From Scyliorhinus canicula (Eukaryota), in NCBI RefSeq assembly GCF_902713615.1, contig NC_052146.1:197737199-197801198 (forward strand): a stretch of DNA of 64,000 nt, read 5' to 3'. A program made the translations under genes and the position numbers. The number at the start of each line of letters is the position of its first letter. Position 1 is the first letter of the stretch. Shown here piece by piece: positions 24,816-37,654 of this stretch. Under the pieces are notes generated by a model. That model was not told the origin of the DNA and searched no databases. It saw nothing but the letters and a program-made list of their open reading frames with translations.

Positions 24816-27800
24816 ATGGCTAATCGGCAGGGGAAGGGGGCGGGTCGTTCCGCGACCCGGCAGATCACTTGGAACGTGAGGGGGCTGAATGGGCCGGTCA
24901 AGAGATCAAGGGTATTCTCACACCTGAAGGGACTGAAGGCTGATGTAGCAATGTTACAGGAGACCCATTTGAAGGTAGTGGACCAGGTTCGCCTGAGAAG
25001 GGGGTGGGTGGGACAGGTGTTCCACTCTGGATTGGACGCAAAGAACCGGGGGGTGGCGATTCTGGTGGGAAAGAGGGTGTCGTTCGTGGCGGAGGAGGTG
25101 GTGGCGGATAAGGAGGGTAGGTATGTGATGGTGAAGGGTAAGCTGCAGGGGGAGAAAGTGGTGATGGTCAACGTATATGCCCCGAACTGGGATGACGCGG
25201 GTTTTATGAGGCGCCTATTGGGCCTCATTCCGGGACTGGAGGCAGGGGGCTTGATCATGGGGGGGGACTTCAACACAGTGCTGGACCCCGGGCTAGACAG
25301 ATCGAGCTCAAGGACCAATAGGAGGCCGGCAGCGGCAGAAGTGCTGAGGGGGTACATGGAGCAGATGGGAGGAGTAGACCCATGGAGGTTTGGTAGGCCG
25401 AGGGCGAGGGAGTATTCCTTTTTCTCCCACGTCCATAGAGTGTACTCCAGAATCGATTTCTTCGTGTTGAGCAGGGGGCTGATCCCGAGGGTACGGGAAG
25501 CTGAGTACTCGGCCATTGCGATCTCTGATCATGCACCACATTGGGTGGATGTGGAAATGGGGGAGGCGCGGGACCAGCGCCCGCTGTGGCGGCTGGATGT
25601 GGGGCTGTTAGCGGACGACGAGGTGTGTAAAAGGGTCCGGAAGAGCATTGAGAGCTATCTGGACTTGAATGACACGGGGGAGGTGCAGGTGGGGATGGTC
25701 TGGGAGGCCCTGAAGGCAGTGATCAGGGGAGAGCTGATCTCCATAAGGGCACACAGAAAAAGAAAGGAGAGGCAGGAGAGGGAGAGGCTGGTGGGGGAGA
25801 TATTGGAAGTGGATAGGAGATATGCGGAGGCACCAGAGGAGGGGCTGCTGGGAGAACGGCGCAGCCTGCAGGTCAAGTTCGACCTGCTGACCACCAGGAA
25901 GGCAGAGACGCAGTGGAGAAGTGCACAGGGCGTGGTCTATGAGTATGGGGAAAAGGCGAGCAGGATGCTGGCACACCAGCTTCGCAAACGAGATGCGGCT
26001 AGGGAGATTGGGGGAGTGAAGGAGAGGGGCGGGAAGGTAGTACAGAAGGGGCAAGAAGTGAACGGGGTCTTCAGGGATTTTTACAAGGAGTTGTATCGGT
26101 CTGAGCCGCCGACGAGGAGAGGGGGAATGGAGGACTTCCTAAACAAATTGAGGTTCCCAAGGGTCCAGGAGGGGCTGGTAGAAGGGCTGGGGGCGCCAAT
26201 AGGGCTAGAGGAGCTAGTCAAGGGAATAGGTCAGATGCAGGCGGGGAAGGCGCCGGGGCCAGATGGGTTCCCGGTGGAATTCTACAAGAAAAATGTGGAC
26301 TTGGTGGGGCCGGTACTGGTACGAGCCTTTAATGAGGCGCGAGAGGGGGGGTTCTGCCCCCGACAATGTCGCAGGCTCTGATCTCCCTGATACTGAAGCG
26401 GGATAAAGACCCCGTGCAGTGCGGGTCCTACAGGCCTATCTCGCTTCTGAACGTGGATGCCAAGTTGCTGGCAAAGATCCTGGCAGCTAGAATAGAGGAT
26501 TGTGTGCCAGGGGTAATCCATGAGGACCAGACGGGGTTCGTGAACGGGCGGCAGCTCAACACGAACGTGCGGAGATTGCTGAATGTAATTATGATGCCGG
26601 CAGTGGAGGGGGAGGCTGAGATAGTGGTAGCGCTGGACGCGGAGAAGGCATTCGATAGGGTGGAGTGGGAGTACCTGTGGGAGACGTTGGAACGGTTTGG
26701 GTTTGGGGAAGGGTTTATTAAGTGGGTGAAGTTGCTCTACTCGGCCCCGATGGCGAGTGTAGTGACAAACGGGAGGAGGTCGGAGTATTTCGGGCTCCAC
26801 CGAGGGACCAGGCAGGGATGTCCCCTATCCCCCCTACTTTTCGCACTGGCGATCGAACCGTTGGCGATGGCACTGAGGGGTTCAGGGGGGTGGAGAGGAC
26901 TGACTAGGGGAGGGGAGGAACATCGAGTATCGCTGTATGCGGATGATCTACTGCTGTACGTGGCAGACCCAGAAGGGGGAATGCCGGAGATAATGGAACT
27001 ATTAGCAGAGTTTGGGGACTTTTCGGGGTACAAACTAAATTTGGGCAAAAGCGAGGTTTTTGTGATACACCCGGGGGACCAGGGAGAGGGTATTGGGAGA
27101 CTCCCCTTCAAGCGAGCAGGAAAGAGCTTTAGGTACTTAGGGGTGCAGGTGGCAAGGAACTGGGGGACCCTCCACAAGTTGAACTTTTCCAGGCTGGTGG
27201 AACAGATGGAGGAGGAATTAAGAGGTGGGACATGGTACCGCTGTCGCTGGCGGGGAGGGTGCAGTCAATCAAAATGACGGTCCTCCCAAGGTTCCTGTTT
27301 TTATTTCAGTGCTTGCCCATCTTCCTCCCTAGGGCCTTCTTCAAAAAGGTGACGAGTAGCATCATGAGCTACGTGTGGGCGCACGGCACCCCAAGGGTGA
27401 GGAGGGTCTTTTTGGAGCGGAGTAGGGACAGTGGAGGGCTGGCACTACCCAATCTCTCGGGGTACTACTGGGCGGCAAATGTGTCAATGGTGCGCAAGTG
27501 GATGATGGAAGGGGAGGGGGCAGCTTGGAAACGAATGGAGAGGGCGTCCTGTGGCAACACAAGCCTGGGGGCCCTAGTAACGGCACCATGGCCGCTCCCC
27601 CCCACGAGGTACACCACGAGCCCGGTGGTGGCGGCCACCCTCAAGATATGGGGGCAGTGGAGGCGACACAGGGGGGAAATGGGAGGTCTGTTGGCGGCGC
27701 CAATAAGAGGGAACCATAGATTCATCCCGGGGAACATCGACGGGGGATTTCAGAGCTGGTACAGGGTGGGCATACGGCAGCTGAAGGACCTGTTTATAGA

Positions 27801-28608
27801 GGGGAGGTTTGCGAGCCTGGGAGGGCTGGAGGAGAAGTTTGAGCTCCCCCCGGGAAACATGTTCAGATATTTACAAGTGAAGGCATTTGCTAGGCGGCAG
27901 GTGGAGGGGTTCCCCCTGCTCCCCAGTAAGGGGGCAAGTGATAGGGTGCTCTCGGGGGTCTGGGTCGGAGGGGGGAAGATATCAGACATCTACAAGATAA
28001 TGCAGGAGGCGGAAGAAGCATCAGGGGAGGAGCTGAAAGCCAAGTGGGAAGGGGAGCTGGGAGAGCAGATAGAAGACGGGACGTGGGCGGATGCACTGGA
28101 GAAGGTCAATTCTTCCTCCTCGTGTGCGAGGCTGAGCCTCATTCAATTTAAGGTGCTGCATAGAGCTCACATGACGGGGACAAGGATGAGCCGGTTCTTT
28201 GGGGGTGAGGACAGGTGTGTCAGATGTCTGGGAAGCCCAGCGAACCATGTGCATATGTTCTGGGCATGTCCGGTGCTGGAAGGGTTCTGGAAGGGGGTGG
28301 CAAGGACGGTGTCGAAGGTGGTGGGGTCCAGGGTCAAACCAGGATGGGGGCTTGCGATCTTTGGGGTCGGGGTAGAACCGGGGGTACAGGAGGCTAGGGA
28401 GGCCGGAATACTGGCCTTTGCGTCCCTAGTGGCTCGACGAAGGATATTAATTCAATGGAAGGACGCGAGGCCTCCAAGCGTTGAAACTTGGATTAACGAT
28501 ATGGATAGCTATATTCAGCTAGAAAGGATCAAATTTGCCCTGAGAGGGTCGGTACAGGGATTCTCCAGGCGGTGGCAACCTTTCCTTGACTTTTTAGATC
28601 AGAGATAG
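24816..28608 (+). CDS. L1 ORF2p (APE endonuclease, RT, CCHC), ~1264 aa, broken by two apparent 1-bp deletions
   Basis: TWNVRGLN, LQETH, NVYAPN, GDFN, SRID, SDH; GTRQGCPLSP, YADD; CVRC...HMFWAC; frameshifts at ~26345-26351 and ~27218. Confidence 0.93.
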
Positions 28609-28636
28609 ACGTTCGGGGTCGTGGCAGCAGCAACCC

Positions 28637-28643
28637 GGGGGGG

Positions 28644-28682
<39 letters not shown>

Positions 28683-28730
28683 GGGGAGGGGAGGGGGGGG
28701 AGGGGGGGGGGGAGGGGAGGGGGGGGGGGG
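28637..28730 (+). repeat. Poly-G tract in the L1 3' UTR
   Basis: About 90 nt, almost entirely G. Confidence 0.9.
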
Positions 28731-29020
28731 CAGCAATGGTCGTGGGGGGACATGCACGACTGTAACGCGGGCAAGTCTGCTCGCTGCTCATGTCTGAAAC
28801 TGTAGGCTGCCTTGTTTGTTAAGTTGTTGCTTGGGGAGGGGGGGGGAGAAGGACTGGTGCGCGCGAGAGGGCGGGCGAGGGAGGGATATTTGCCTAGAGG
28901 GATTGTGTTGTATATAATTTAAAAAATAGTAGGGGTAAATGTTTGTATGGAAAAACTCTTTCAATAAAAATTATTTAAAAAAAAAAAAAAATAATTTAAC
29001 TAGTCTTTGAATAGCAGTAG

Positions 29021-29490
29021 TGTAAGATCCTTGGCCAGTACCCAGAGTGTGGGGTGGTGGGGCGTTATCCAATAATGTTTTACTTAAAGTAGCTAAAGTT
29101 TGAGATCCAAGGCCCTTACTAATTGAATAAAGCCACAAGATTTCACGGGTCTTGAACAAAACAAAAACTTTACTATACCGATTCAGAAAGATAAAATAAT
29201 CTTACGCTCTAACATTTGGAGAAGTATGAGGACATATGAATTAACAGGTGAACTGTGGTCTGTCACACCCCACTGCACAATAGATGGCAGGTGTGACCAA
29301 AACAGATTCCATGGATCTCTGAACAACCCATCTAGATGTTTGTCGCCAATCAATCTTGCTGAAGCATCGTCTTTCTCACAAAGATTTCAAATTTCCACAT
29401 TTGAAGATATTCTCTTCAAAGGGCACACTCATTCTGACGTCTTCAGCAATGACTCACTTTACACATTTTCATTCTCGCTTTCCCAGAATT
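29021..29490 (-). mobile_element. Probable LTR fragment
   Basis: Minus strand ends ...ggatcttaca (CA terminus) preceded by an AGTAAA/T-rich segment; other end not found. Confidence 0.4.
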
Positions 29491-30980
29491 CCATTCCTTT
29501 GGATTTCAGAGTACATTGAAGCTTCACATTCCACGCACAATCTCAGCTCTTCAGCTGTGCCAAGCAGAATATTACTTCTCCAAAAAGGGTTCCTATGTCC
29601 CATTGGCCCCCGACACGAGTCACCAACTTTCGGCTGACTTCTCAGATTTTCAGAGTTCCTCGCATGCACACTTCTTTCAAAATCTATTCCCTGCAACTCT
29701 TTCTTGGATTCAGGGCCCATTACTCTACTCCTTTCTTTTATACCGACAACTCAACAACCAGGAACAGTACAGACAGTTACCCGCAGATCCGACCATGGAA
29801 CACATCCACCAACTCAACAGATTGATCAAGACCTTGGATCCAGACCTTCAGAGCACCCTACGTGCTCTCATCCCACGTACTCCCCACATTGGAGATCTCT
29901 GCTGCCTCCCAAAAATACACAAGGCCTACACACCAGGCCGTTCTATCGTTTCAGGCAATGGAACCCTGTGTGAGAACCTCTCTGGCGACATCAAGGGCAT
30001 CTTGAAATCCATCGTACAAGGTACGCCCAGCTTCTGTCACGACATGACGGACTTCCTACAGAAACACAGCACCCATGGACCAGTTGAAACAGGAACATTC
30101 CTCGTCACAATGGATGTCTCGGCACTCTACACCAGCATCCTCCATGACATCGGCATTGCTGCAACAGCCTCAGTACTCAACATCGACAACTGCCAATCTC
30201 CAGACGCAATTCTGCAACTCATCCGCTTCATTCTGGATCACAACGTCTTCACCTTCGACAACAAGTTCTTCATCCAGACGCATGGAACAGCCATGGGGAC
30301 TACATTCGCACCTCAATATGCCAACATCTTCATGCACAAGTTTGAACAAAAATTTCTCACCACACAGGACCTTCAACCGACGTTACACACCAGATACATC
30401 AATTACTTTTTTTCTTTTGGACCTACGGCAAAGAATCACTGAAACAACTACACGATGACATCAATAAGTTCCATCCCACCATCAGACTCACCATGGACTA
30501 CTCTCCAAAATAAGTTGAATTCTTGGACACACTCATCTCCGTCAAGGACTATCACCTCAGCACTTTGCTTTACCGCAAGCCCACGGATAGCCTCACGATG
30601 CTCCACTTCTCCAGCTACCACCCTAAACACATTTAAGAAGCCATCCCCTATGGACAAGCCCTCTGTTTACACTGGATCTGCTCAGACGAGGAGGAGCGTA
30701 ACAGACATCTACAGACTCTGAAAGATGCCCTCGTATGAACGGGATATGGCGCTCGACTCATCGATCAACAGTTCCAACGCACCACAGCAAAAAACCGCAT
30801 CGACCTCCTCAGAAGACAAACACGGGACACAACCGACAGAGTACCCTTCATCGCCCAGTACTTTTCTGGAGCGGAGAAACTACGATATCTTCTTCGCAGC
30901 CTTCAACATGTCATCGATGAAGATGAACATCTTGCCAAGGTCATCCCCACACCCCCCACTACTTGCCTTCAAACAACCGT
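29490..30980 (+). mobile_element. Penelope-like element RT fragment (degenerate, ends before GIY-YIG)
   Basis: LPKIHK...GRSIVSG.GTLCENLS, DVSALYTSI, GTAMGTTFAPQYANIFM, RYIN(D)Y; continues in shifted frames to LLAFKQP. Confidence 0.9.
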
Positions 30981-31870
30981 GACCAATATTTTACACTGTA
31001 CTCCAGATGTGGTTTCACTGGTGCTCAGTAAACTGAAACATAACCACCCTACATTTGTATTCAATTCCCTCCCTCCCAACAATAAATTACAACATTCCTC
31101 GCTGTTCCTACAGACGCGCCTTTTGCGATTCAACAGCTGAGATCCCAGCACCGATCCCTGTGGCACACCACTCATTATATCTTGCCACCCTAAAAAAAAA
31201 CATTTATGCCTACCCTCCACATCCTTTTAGCCAGTCTTCTATCCATGTCAAAATATTACCCCCATACCATGAGCTTTTATTTTCTGCAATAACCCTTGTG
31301 GCACTTTATCAAATGCTTTCTGCAAATCTAAGTACAGTACATTCACTGGTTCCTCTTTATCCACAACACATTACTTCCTCAAAGAATTCCAGTCGTTGGT
31401 TAAAGAATGATTTCACTTTCACAAAACCATGTTGACTCTGCCCGGTTACCTTGAACTTGTCTCAGTGCCTTTCTCTAGCTCCTTTAGCTTCTTTAAGAAT
31501 AGATAACATGTTCCCTATGACAAATTTTAAGCTAACTGGCCTGTAGTTAGCCACTTTCTATCTTCCTCCCTTTTTGAATAATGGATTTACATTTACTATT
31601 TTTCAATCTAATTGTACCTTCCCCGAATCTAGGGAGTTTTGGAAAATTAAAACCAATGCATCAACTATCTCACTCGCCACTTCCTTTAAACCCGAGGATG
31701 AAGTCCACCAGGCACGTATCAGACTGCGGCTCCAACAATTTACTCAGTACTACATCTGGTGATTGTAATTTTCCAGAGTTCCACCCTCACTTCTATTTCC
31801 TGATTTATAGCTGTTACTGGGATGTTACTTGTATCCTCTATAGTGAATACTTGGTTTATACTCACTAGAA
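30980..31870 (-). mobile_element. Old CR1 RT fragment
   Basis: [19 protein letters not shown] on the reverse strand. Confidence 0.75.
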
Positions 31871-32919
31871 TGTATCTATTCTGACATATCCCCTTAAATG
31901 TTTGCTACTGCACATCCACTGATCTATCCATTTACAACAATTTTTTGATAGCAGCAGATACAATACTTCACATCTGTCAAATCTAACCTATTCCTGTAAT
32001 GATGCTGGAATTCTTTTGGCAAACATTCGGTCATAAAAGGTCCAACATGTCGAGCAAATGAGCTTTAACTGGGCTGCAAGGTCAGGACAAAATGATGCAT
32101 CCAGCAACTGGATTCCACGAAATCGCCAAAGCTCAACTGCACTGCTGCAGTGTTGAAGAACATGTGAAATTAGGCTGTATATACAAATATACAAAAGTTG
32201 TTTCTTCATCAATTCCTTCAGATTTTTAATCAAGCAAAATCTTGGCAGGCTTACTGGAAGAGAGGCTGGGGAGTAGGAAGCAAGTAACCCAGGTTCCTAT
32301 TCATGCACTTCCCTACCGTTCAGTTACATAAAGTAATTAGAAAAGCTATAAAGAAGGTGTGTATCCACCATCTATACTTCGAAACAATACATTGATTGCA
32401 AAGCGTAAATCTCAAGTTATACCTGTTAATTTTATTTAGAAGGAAATCAAATTCAAGCTTTCAGTTCATACCATTTGGGTAAAGTAAAAAGGAGAAACTG
32501 GAAGTTGGAGCTAAAAATATAAAATGCTGGATTATATATCAGTTCTGATACAGGATACATTCATTGAAAGATCATATCCTGTTCTCCATCAACCCCCGCC
32601 CCGTTTCCAAACGTTTGCTGACCTGTTGCATATTTCAGTATTTGTGTTTACACTTTATACCATTCTGGATTATTTCAAGAAGGGATGTTGGAAAGGCACT
32701 AGTCTAGCCTGGTTCAGTGGAGAGAGATAGCATTAACTGCTGAAACAACGAGAGCTCGGGTGGACTATATTATTGGCCCAAATTTGATCAGGGTACTGAT
32801 TACAGATCTCCACGGCACAAGACCCAGCAGATGCAACAATGTGGCTGCACCAGAATCCATTTCGCTGGCATCTGGGAGTCCAACAGTGATTCTGTTATTA
32901 TTCATTCATGGAATTATGG

Positions 32920-33220
32920 TTAACGACCAAAATTGGTCCCTAATTGCTCTCAAAGTGGCAAACGGTCACCTGGTTGAATCACTGCAGTCCGTCTACTATA
33001 AACACACAGTTGTGTGAGGGAACGTGTTCCAGGAACTTGGCCCAGTTGACAAAGTGATATCTTTCCAGTTCAGCATGGCATCTTTCCAGTTCAGGATGGA
33101 GGGGAACCTGCAGGTAGTGATGTTTCCATGTGCCTGCCGTCCACGGTCATCCAGATGATAGAGGCCATGGGTTTGGTAGATGCTGCCCAAAGAACATTGG
33201 TGAGTTGCTGCAATGTATTT
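32920..33220 (-). mobile_element. Old LINE 3' fragment (same family as 53100-53510)
   Basis: ggtagtgatgtttccatgtgcctgcc...ggtgagttgctgcaatgtat resembles the 53330-53430 segment. Confidence 0.55.
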
Positions 33221-33834
33221 CTCCTCAGATTTTTAACTGTTGCTAATTAAAACTACAGGATATCAACTTAATGGGTAGGATTTTTCCTCTAGGATTGATT
33301 CTGGATCTCAAACCAGCCCCGGAGTAACAGCCATTCACAGTGATTTGCATGGACGCACCCCACTAATTGGCCTAGAGACTGGTCTCGGCGACCCTCAGCT
33401 CCTAAAGCTGGATGGACAAAAGTCTTTCAGTGGGAAAGGAGCAATAGGCCACAACAGAAGCTAAGTAAAGGAGGGGGCAGAGACGGCTAGCACGTGTTTC
33501 AGAAATATGCTAGCAGCAGAGATTGAATTCCCATTCTGACTGAGATTGACTTCCGAGTGGAAGACAATGGCAAACCACTACTGGTCAAAAGGAACAGTCC
33601 AAAAAAATGAGCAGACAACGATCTAGATAACTACCTTCATGAAACATATAAATGGTGAATACAGAGCTTCTCTCTAGCTTTTCTAATTACTTTATGTAAC
33701 TGAACTGTAGGGAAGTGCATGAATAGGAACCTGTGCATGCATGAAATGGAATGCAAAGACAACTTTAAAATGGAGGCACCTTCGCACCAACTTTTTAAAA
33801 ATCTTAAATTACACAACATACCTTGCAGCCTGCC

Positions 33835-33965
33835 AGCGTTACAAAGAGTCATCCAGACTCAGAATGTTATCTCTGCTCTCTCCCCACAGATGCTGTCAAA
33901 CCTGCTGAGATTTTCCAGCATTTTCTGTTTTTGTTTGGGATTCCAGCACCCGCAGTAATCTACTT
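33835..33965 (+). mobile_element. Short Penelope-type terminal repeat (related copies ~7525-7660, 32510-32650, 34170-34480, 59140-59235)
   Basis: Shared gagtcat..gactc..aacgtt...acagatgctgcc..acctgctgag.ttttccagcattttctgttttt motif. Confidence 0.55.
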
Positions 33966-35018
33966 GTAACCCAACATATTCAATCTTTCCTCAGTTAAAG
34001 TTCTCCATCCCTGGCAAATCCTCAAATCACCCCTGTACCGTCTCTCATGCAATCACAGCACTCCTGGAAGAGAGGGCCATCGGGTGGTTGGGGGAGGGGA
34101 AGAGTGAGAGAAAGATTCATTTGACAAGCATACAATTATGAGGAGTCTCAATAGAATAGAGAGGAAGGACGTATTAAAACATATTCTGCCATGAACATTG
34201 ACCTGTTCTTGTTCTTTCCAGAGTTGGCTGTACCAACATTTTCTGTTTTAATCTCAAACCAGGAGCTGTGTGGAGAGAGCAGAAAACTAAAGTTGCTGGA
34301 TACCAAACATGTAAGCAAAACTGGAATCACTCAGCATGCCTGAAAGCAGTTGGGAAAATAGAAGAGTAACATTTCAGGCCTTAAATTCTAATGAATGGTT
34401 TTGAGAAACATCAGAAAAATTAATTTGGCTCTCCAGCAGTCAGAACTATCGAGTGTTTACAGCATTTTCTGTTCCCATCCTACAGGCTGTTTTCTCCCTC
34501 TCACATTCTCAAGTAGGTTCTCCTGTAATATCATAAAAATTATTGAATGCAACTTTCATTGCATAATTGAAATGATCAGTTTTATTACTCATTCATTCCA
34601 TTGGTATGCAGTCCATGTAATTTTTTTTCCTTTTCCTTTTCTATCTAATCCTATTAATACATTTAGGCACCTCATTATTTTCCACTTCTGCAATCCTTAC
34701 CCAAAGCAATGGCTGCTCTCTTCACAGGTACTAACTGACCTATTGCATATTCCTAGTTCTTCCCGTGTTTGTGAAAAACAAATCTGTTCCAACTTATCAT
34801 AACCACTTGAGACTGTATTTGATTAGCAATGTTAGCAACAGTTTCACTTGGATTGAAAGAATCCAGACATCAATAATCACACCCAAACCTCCCACTCACT
34901 CCTTAGTCAGTGAATAATGCACACAAGATGTAGCAATAACACTTAAATAGTTAACCTACTACCATATTTATGCTACAATTAAAATTCCAATTTCTACTTC
35001 CAACTTCTGTTCCATAAT

Positions 35019-35820
35019 CGGGGCGGCACGGTGGCGCAGTGGTTAGCACTGCTGCCTACGGGGCTGAGAACCCAGGTTCGATCCCAGCCCTGGGTTACTG
35101 TCCGAATGGAGTTTGCACATTCTCCCCGTGTCTGCATGGGTTTCACCCCCACGATCCAAAGATGTGCATGGTAGGTGGATTGGCCATATCTTTTTCTTAA
35201 AACAGTAACGCATATATACAAGGCCAAACAGTGCAAACACTAATTTTGTGTTGGAGAAACAGGGTACCCTCCCTCAGTACCAATGTACAAGGGGAGGGGG
35301 GTACAAACGGTACGAGCACTAAACGTTGCGCTGGAGAGACCAGATACCCTGGCCTCTGTACCAACAGAAGGGAAAGGGGGTGTGGTGGGGAGAGAGGGGA
35401 AAGGAGGGTGGTGAGGAGGGCGGTGAGGAGGGCCCAACTGGACATGCCTGAACTATCTACGGAGGCAGAAAATCAAAAGAACCTTCAATTTTGATGCGCC
35501 AGATTCCGGGAGTCCCCCAGAGGGGGTGAGGGGCGACACAATGTCAGGCACAAGTGAGCCCTGCACCCCACTGCAGAGAGCCTCATGTGCCCACTCCACT
35601 CCCGACACTGGGTGGCTGACAGCCTTCAGAGATTCACCCTCCGGGCCTGAACCCTCCACCACACCGAGTGCGCTGAGACAAGGGCCCACCAACCAACCCG
35701 GGGGCTGCCTTGATCCCGCCACCGTGATCATCGACAGACGGGATCATGCTAAATTGCCCCTTAATTGGAAAAAACATAATTGGGTACTCTAAATTTATTT
35801 GCTAAAAGTTTTTTTTAAAT
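35019..35820 (+). mobile_element. A-tailed V-SINE/HE1-like SINE split by a ~560-bp insertion
   Basis: 15-bp TSD cttctgttccataat (35004-35018, 35821-35835); SINE halves rejoin at ggccat|gctaaattgcc. Confidence 0.9.
35188..35747 (-). mobile_element. Unclassified GC-rich insertion inside a SINE
   Basis: Flanked by cat duplication; minus-strand end ...ttaagaaaaagat suggests a retroposed 3' end. Confidence 0.5.
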
Positions 35821-36351
35821 CTTCTGTTCCATAATTGTATAATTTTTTTCATTCATCTTCAATCTCGGACCCAAGTAAGTTTAAGCAGATCTATAATTCA
35901 CCAGTTCTAAAAGCTGCCTCCTCGGTCAATTAAGACTCCAAGTGCTGGATGTTTCAGTTGAATGAGCTGCAATCAAAACACGCTGGGTCCAGGTGAGCTC
36001 ATGGAATTGAGTAAAATGACACAATCATGACATTGTAATATTTCATGGCCTAGATTTTGCAACTGTGTGCAGCAGACAGCATTTTGTTCCAAGCAGTAAT
36101 CTGTACAATTAAATGTGAAAATTGCGAAGTTGTTCTCAAATATGCGCTCTGTCAGGAACTGGACAACAAATTTGCTTTGTATCTTAGGAGGTGCTTTATT
36201 GGACTTCCGGTGGCAGCTATGAGGGAGTAGGTCCCACATTTGGTGGCTCCCGCTTCAGTCGGTCTTTGGACCTTTTCCCCGACTTTTTTGCGCTTTTGAG
36301 CGTGGAAGTGGAAAGCAATAGTACGCAGGCACAGGACCCATAAAGAATTGT

Positions 36352-37173
36352 ATGGACCTAAGCCGGAAGGACCGTAAAGAGCAGAAGAAGTGGTTGAATA
36401 AGGGCACAGTGGAGGCTGTGAGAGGGACCATGGCTGGTGTTCAGAGCAAGGCGCCAACAGCCCAGCCCACAATGGAGCAGCTGCTGCAGACTATGCAAGA
36501 GGGCTTTTTGGCTCTGAAGCGTGACAACTTGGAGCCGCTACAGAAGTCGATTGGCCGGATGGAAAAAAGGCTAGATGATCAGGCTGAGAAGCTCCAGCAG
36601 TTGGAGAAGTCAGTGGAGGAGCAGGGTGACTTTCAAACGGTGGCGGATGTGGAGATTCGGAGGTTGAGGGACCAGCAAAAAGTGCTTCTGGAAAGATCAC
36701 GTCAGCAGAACGCGAGAATCGTGGGCCTCCCAGAGGGGCCAGATGCTGCCGCGTTTGTGGAGGGTAAGTTTCAGAAGTTGCTGGGGAACGAGGTGTTCCC
36801 ACGCCCGCCGGTGGTGGACAGGGCACACAGAGTGCAGGTGAGGCAGCCATGATGAGGGGGTCCCCCACGAGTGATAGTGATGCGCTTTCACAGGTACCTG
36901 GACAAGGAACGGGTGCTGCAATGGGCAAAGAGCACACAAAGCTTTATTTGGGACAATACCACCCTGCGTGTTTACCAAGATTTGAGTGCTGAGGTGGCCA
37001 GGAGGAGGGGAGGCTACAGGCAGGTGAAGGGGATACTGTATAAAAACAAGGTGAAATTCGGGCTGCTTTTTCTGGCGCGACAGTGGGTTACGTATGAGGG
37101 TCAGCACTACTATTTTGAGGAACCCGAAGAGGCGATGGACTTCGTTATGAAGCAAGGGCTGGCCCTGAGCTGA
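36352..37173 (+). pseudogene. L1 ORF1a (frameshift near 36850)
   Basis: Coiled coil; SRQQNARIVGLPEG, VDRAHR, IVMRFHRY, VYQDLSAEVARRR, ARQWVTY. Confidence 0.88.
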
Positions 37174-37219
37174 GGGCGTTTGGACTCAAGTTAGAACTTT
37201 TAGGTATATGTGGTGTCTC

Positions 37220-37654
37220 CCACGGCCAACAGATTACTTCGCTAAGAAGTTGGCGGAGCTGATGGGGGAGGGTGAGAACCCCTCACAGTATGAGCTAGAC
37301 CGAGCTCATCGGTCATTAAGGCCGAAGCCCAAAATGAACGAGCCGCCAAGAGCAGTAATTATCTGCTTCCATAAGTACTGCATGAAAAAGGAGGTGTTAA
37401 GCTGGGCGAAGCAGAAGTGCGAGGTGCAGTGGGATGGTGCGGTAGTTCAGATCTACCAGGACCTGACAGTGGAGTTGGCAAAAAGACGAGCGGAGTTTGG
37501 GCGAGTGAAGGTGGCACTGTTCAAAAAGGGAGTGCCATTTGGTATGGTATACCCGGCGAAGCTGAGGGTAACGTATGAGGCCAAAGGCTTTTATTTCGAG
37601 TCAGCGGAGGTGGCTGAGGCGTTCGTGAGGGCAGATGGCTTGGAACAGACGTGA
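37220..37654 (+). pseudogene. L1 ORF1b (second, divergent ORF1; RRM and CTD only)
   Basis: ELDRAHRSLRPKP, PRAVIICFH, IYQDLTVELAKRR, YPAKLRVTY. Confidence 0.88.

Larger units (their letters stand above)
21108..28990 (+). mobile_element. Full-length L1-clade LINE (L1 #1) with nested CR1
   Basis: Perfect 15-bp TSD ataatttaactagtc (21093-21107, 28991-29005); 5' gggacttccgg; ORF1; ORF2; AATAAA at 28963-28968; poly(A). Confidence 0.97.

Noticed and set aside
24584-28254. Long minus-strand ORFs (for example 310 aa at 24584-25516)
   Set aside because: Shadow frames of G-rich L1 ORF2; S/P-rich composition with no domain motifs
28529-28791. Polyproline ORFs
   Set aside because: Translation of the poly-G 3' UTR tract
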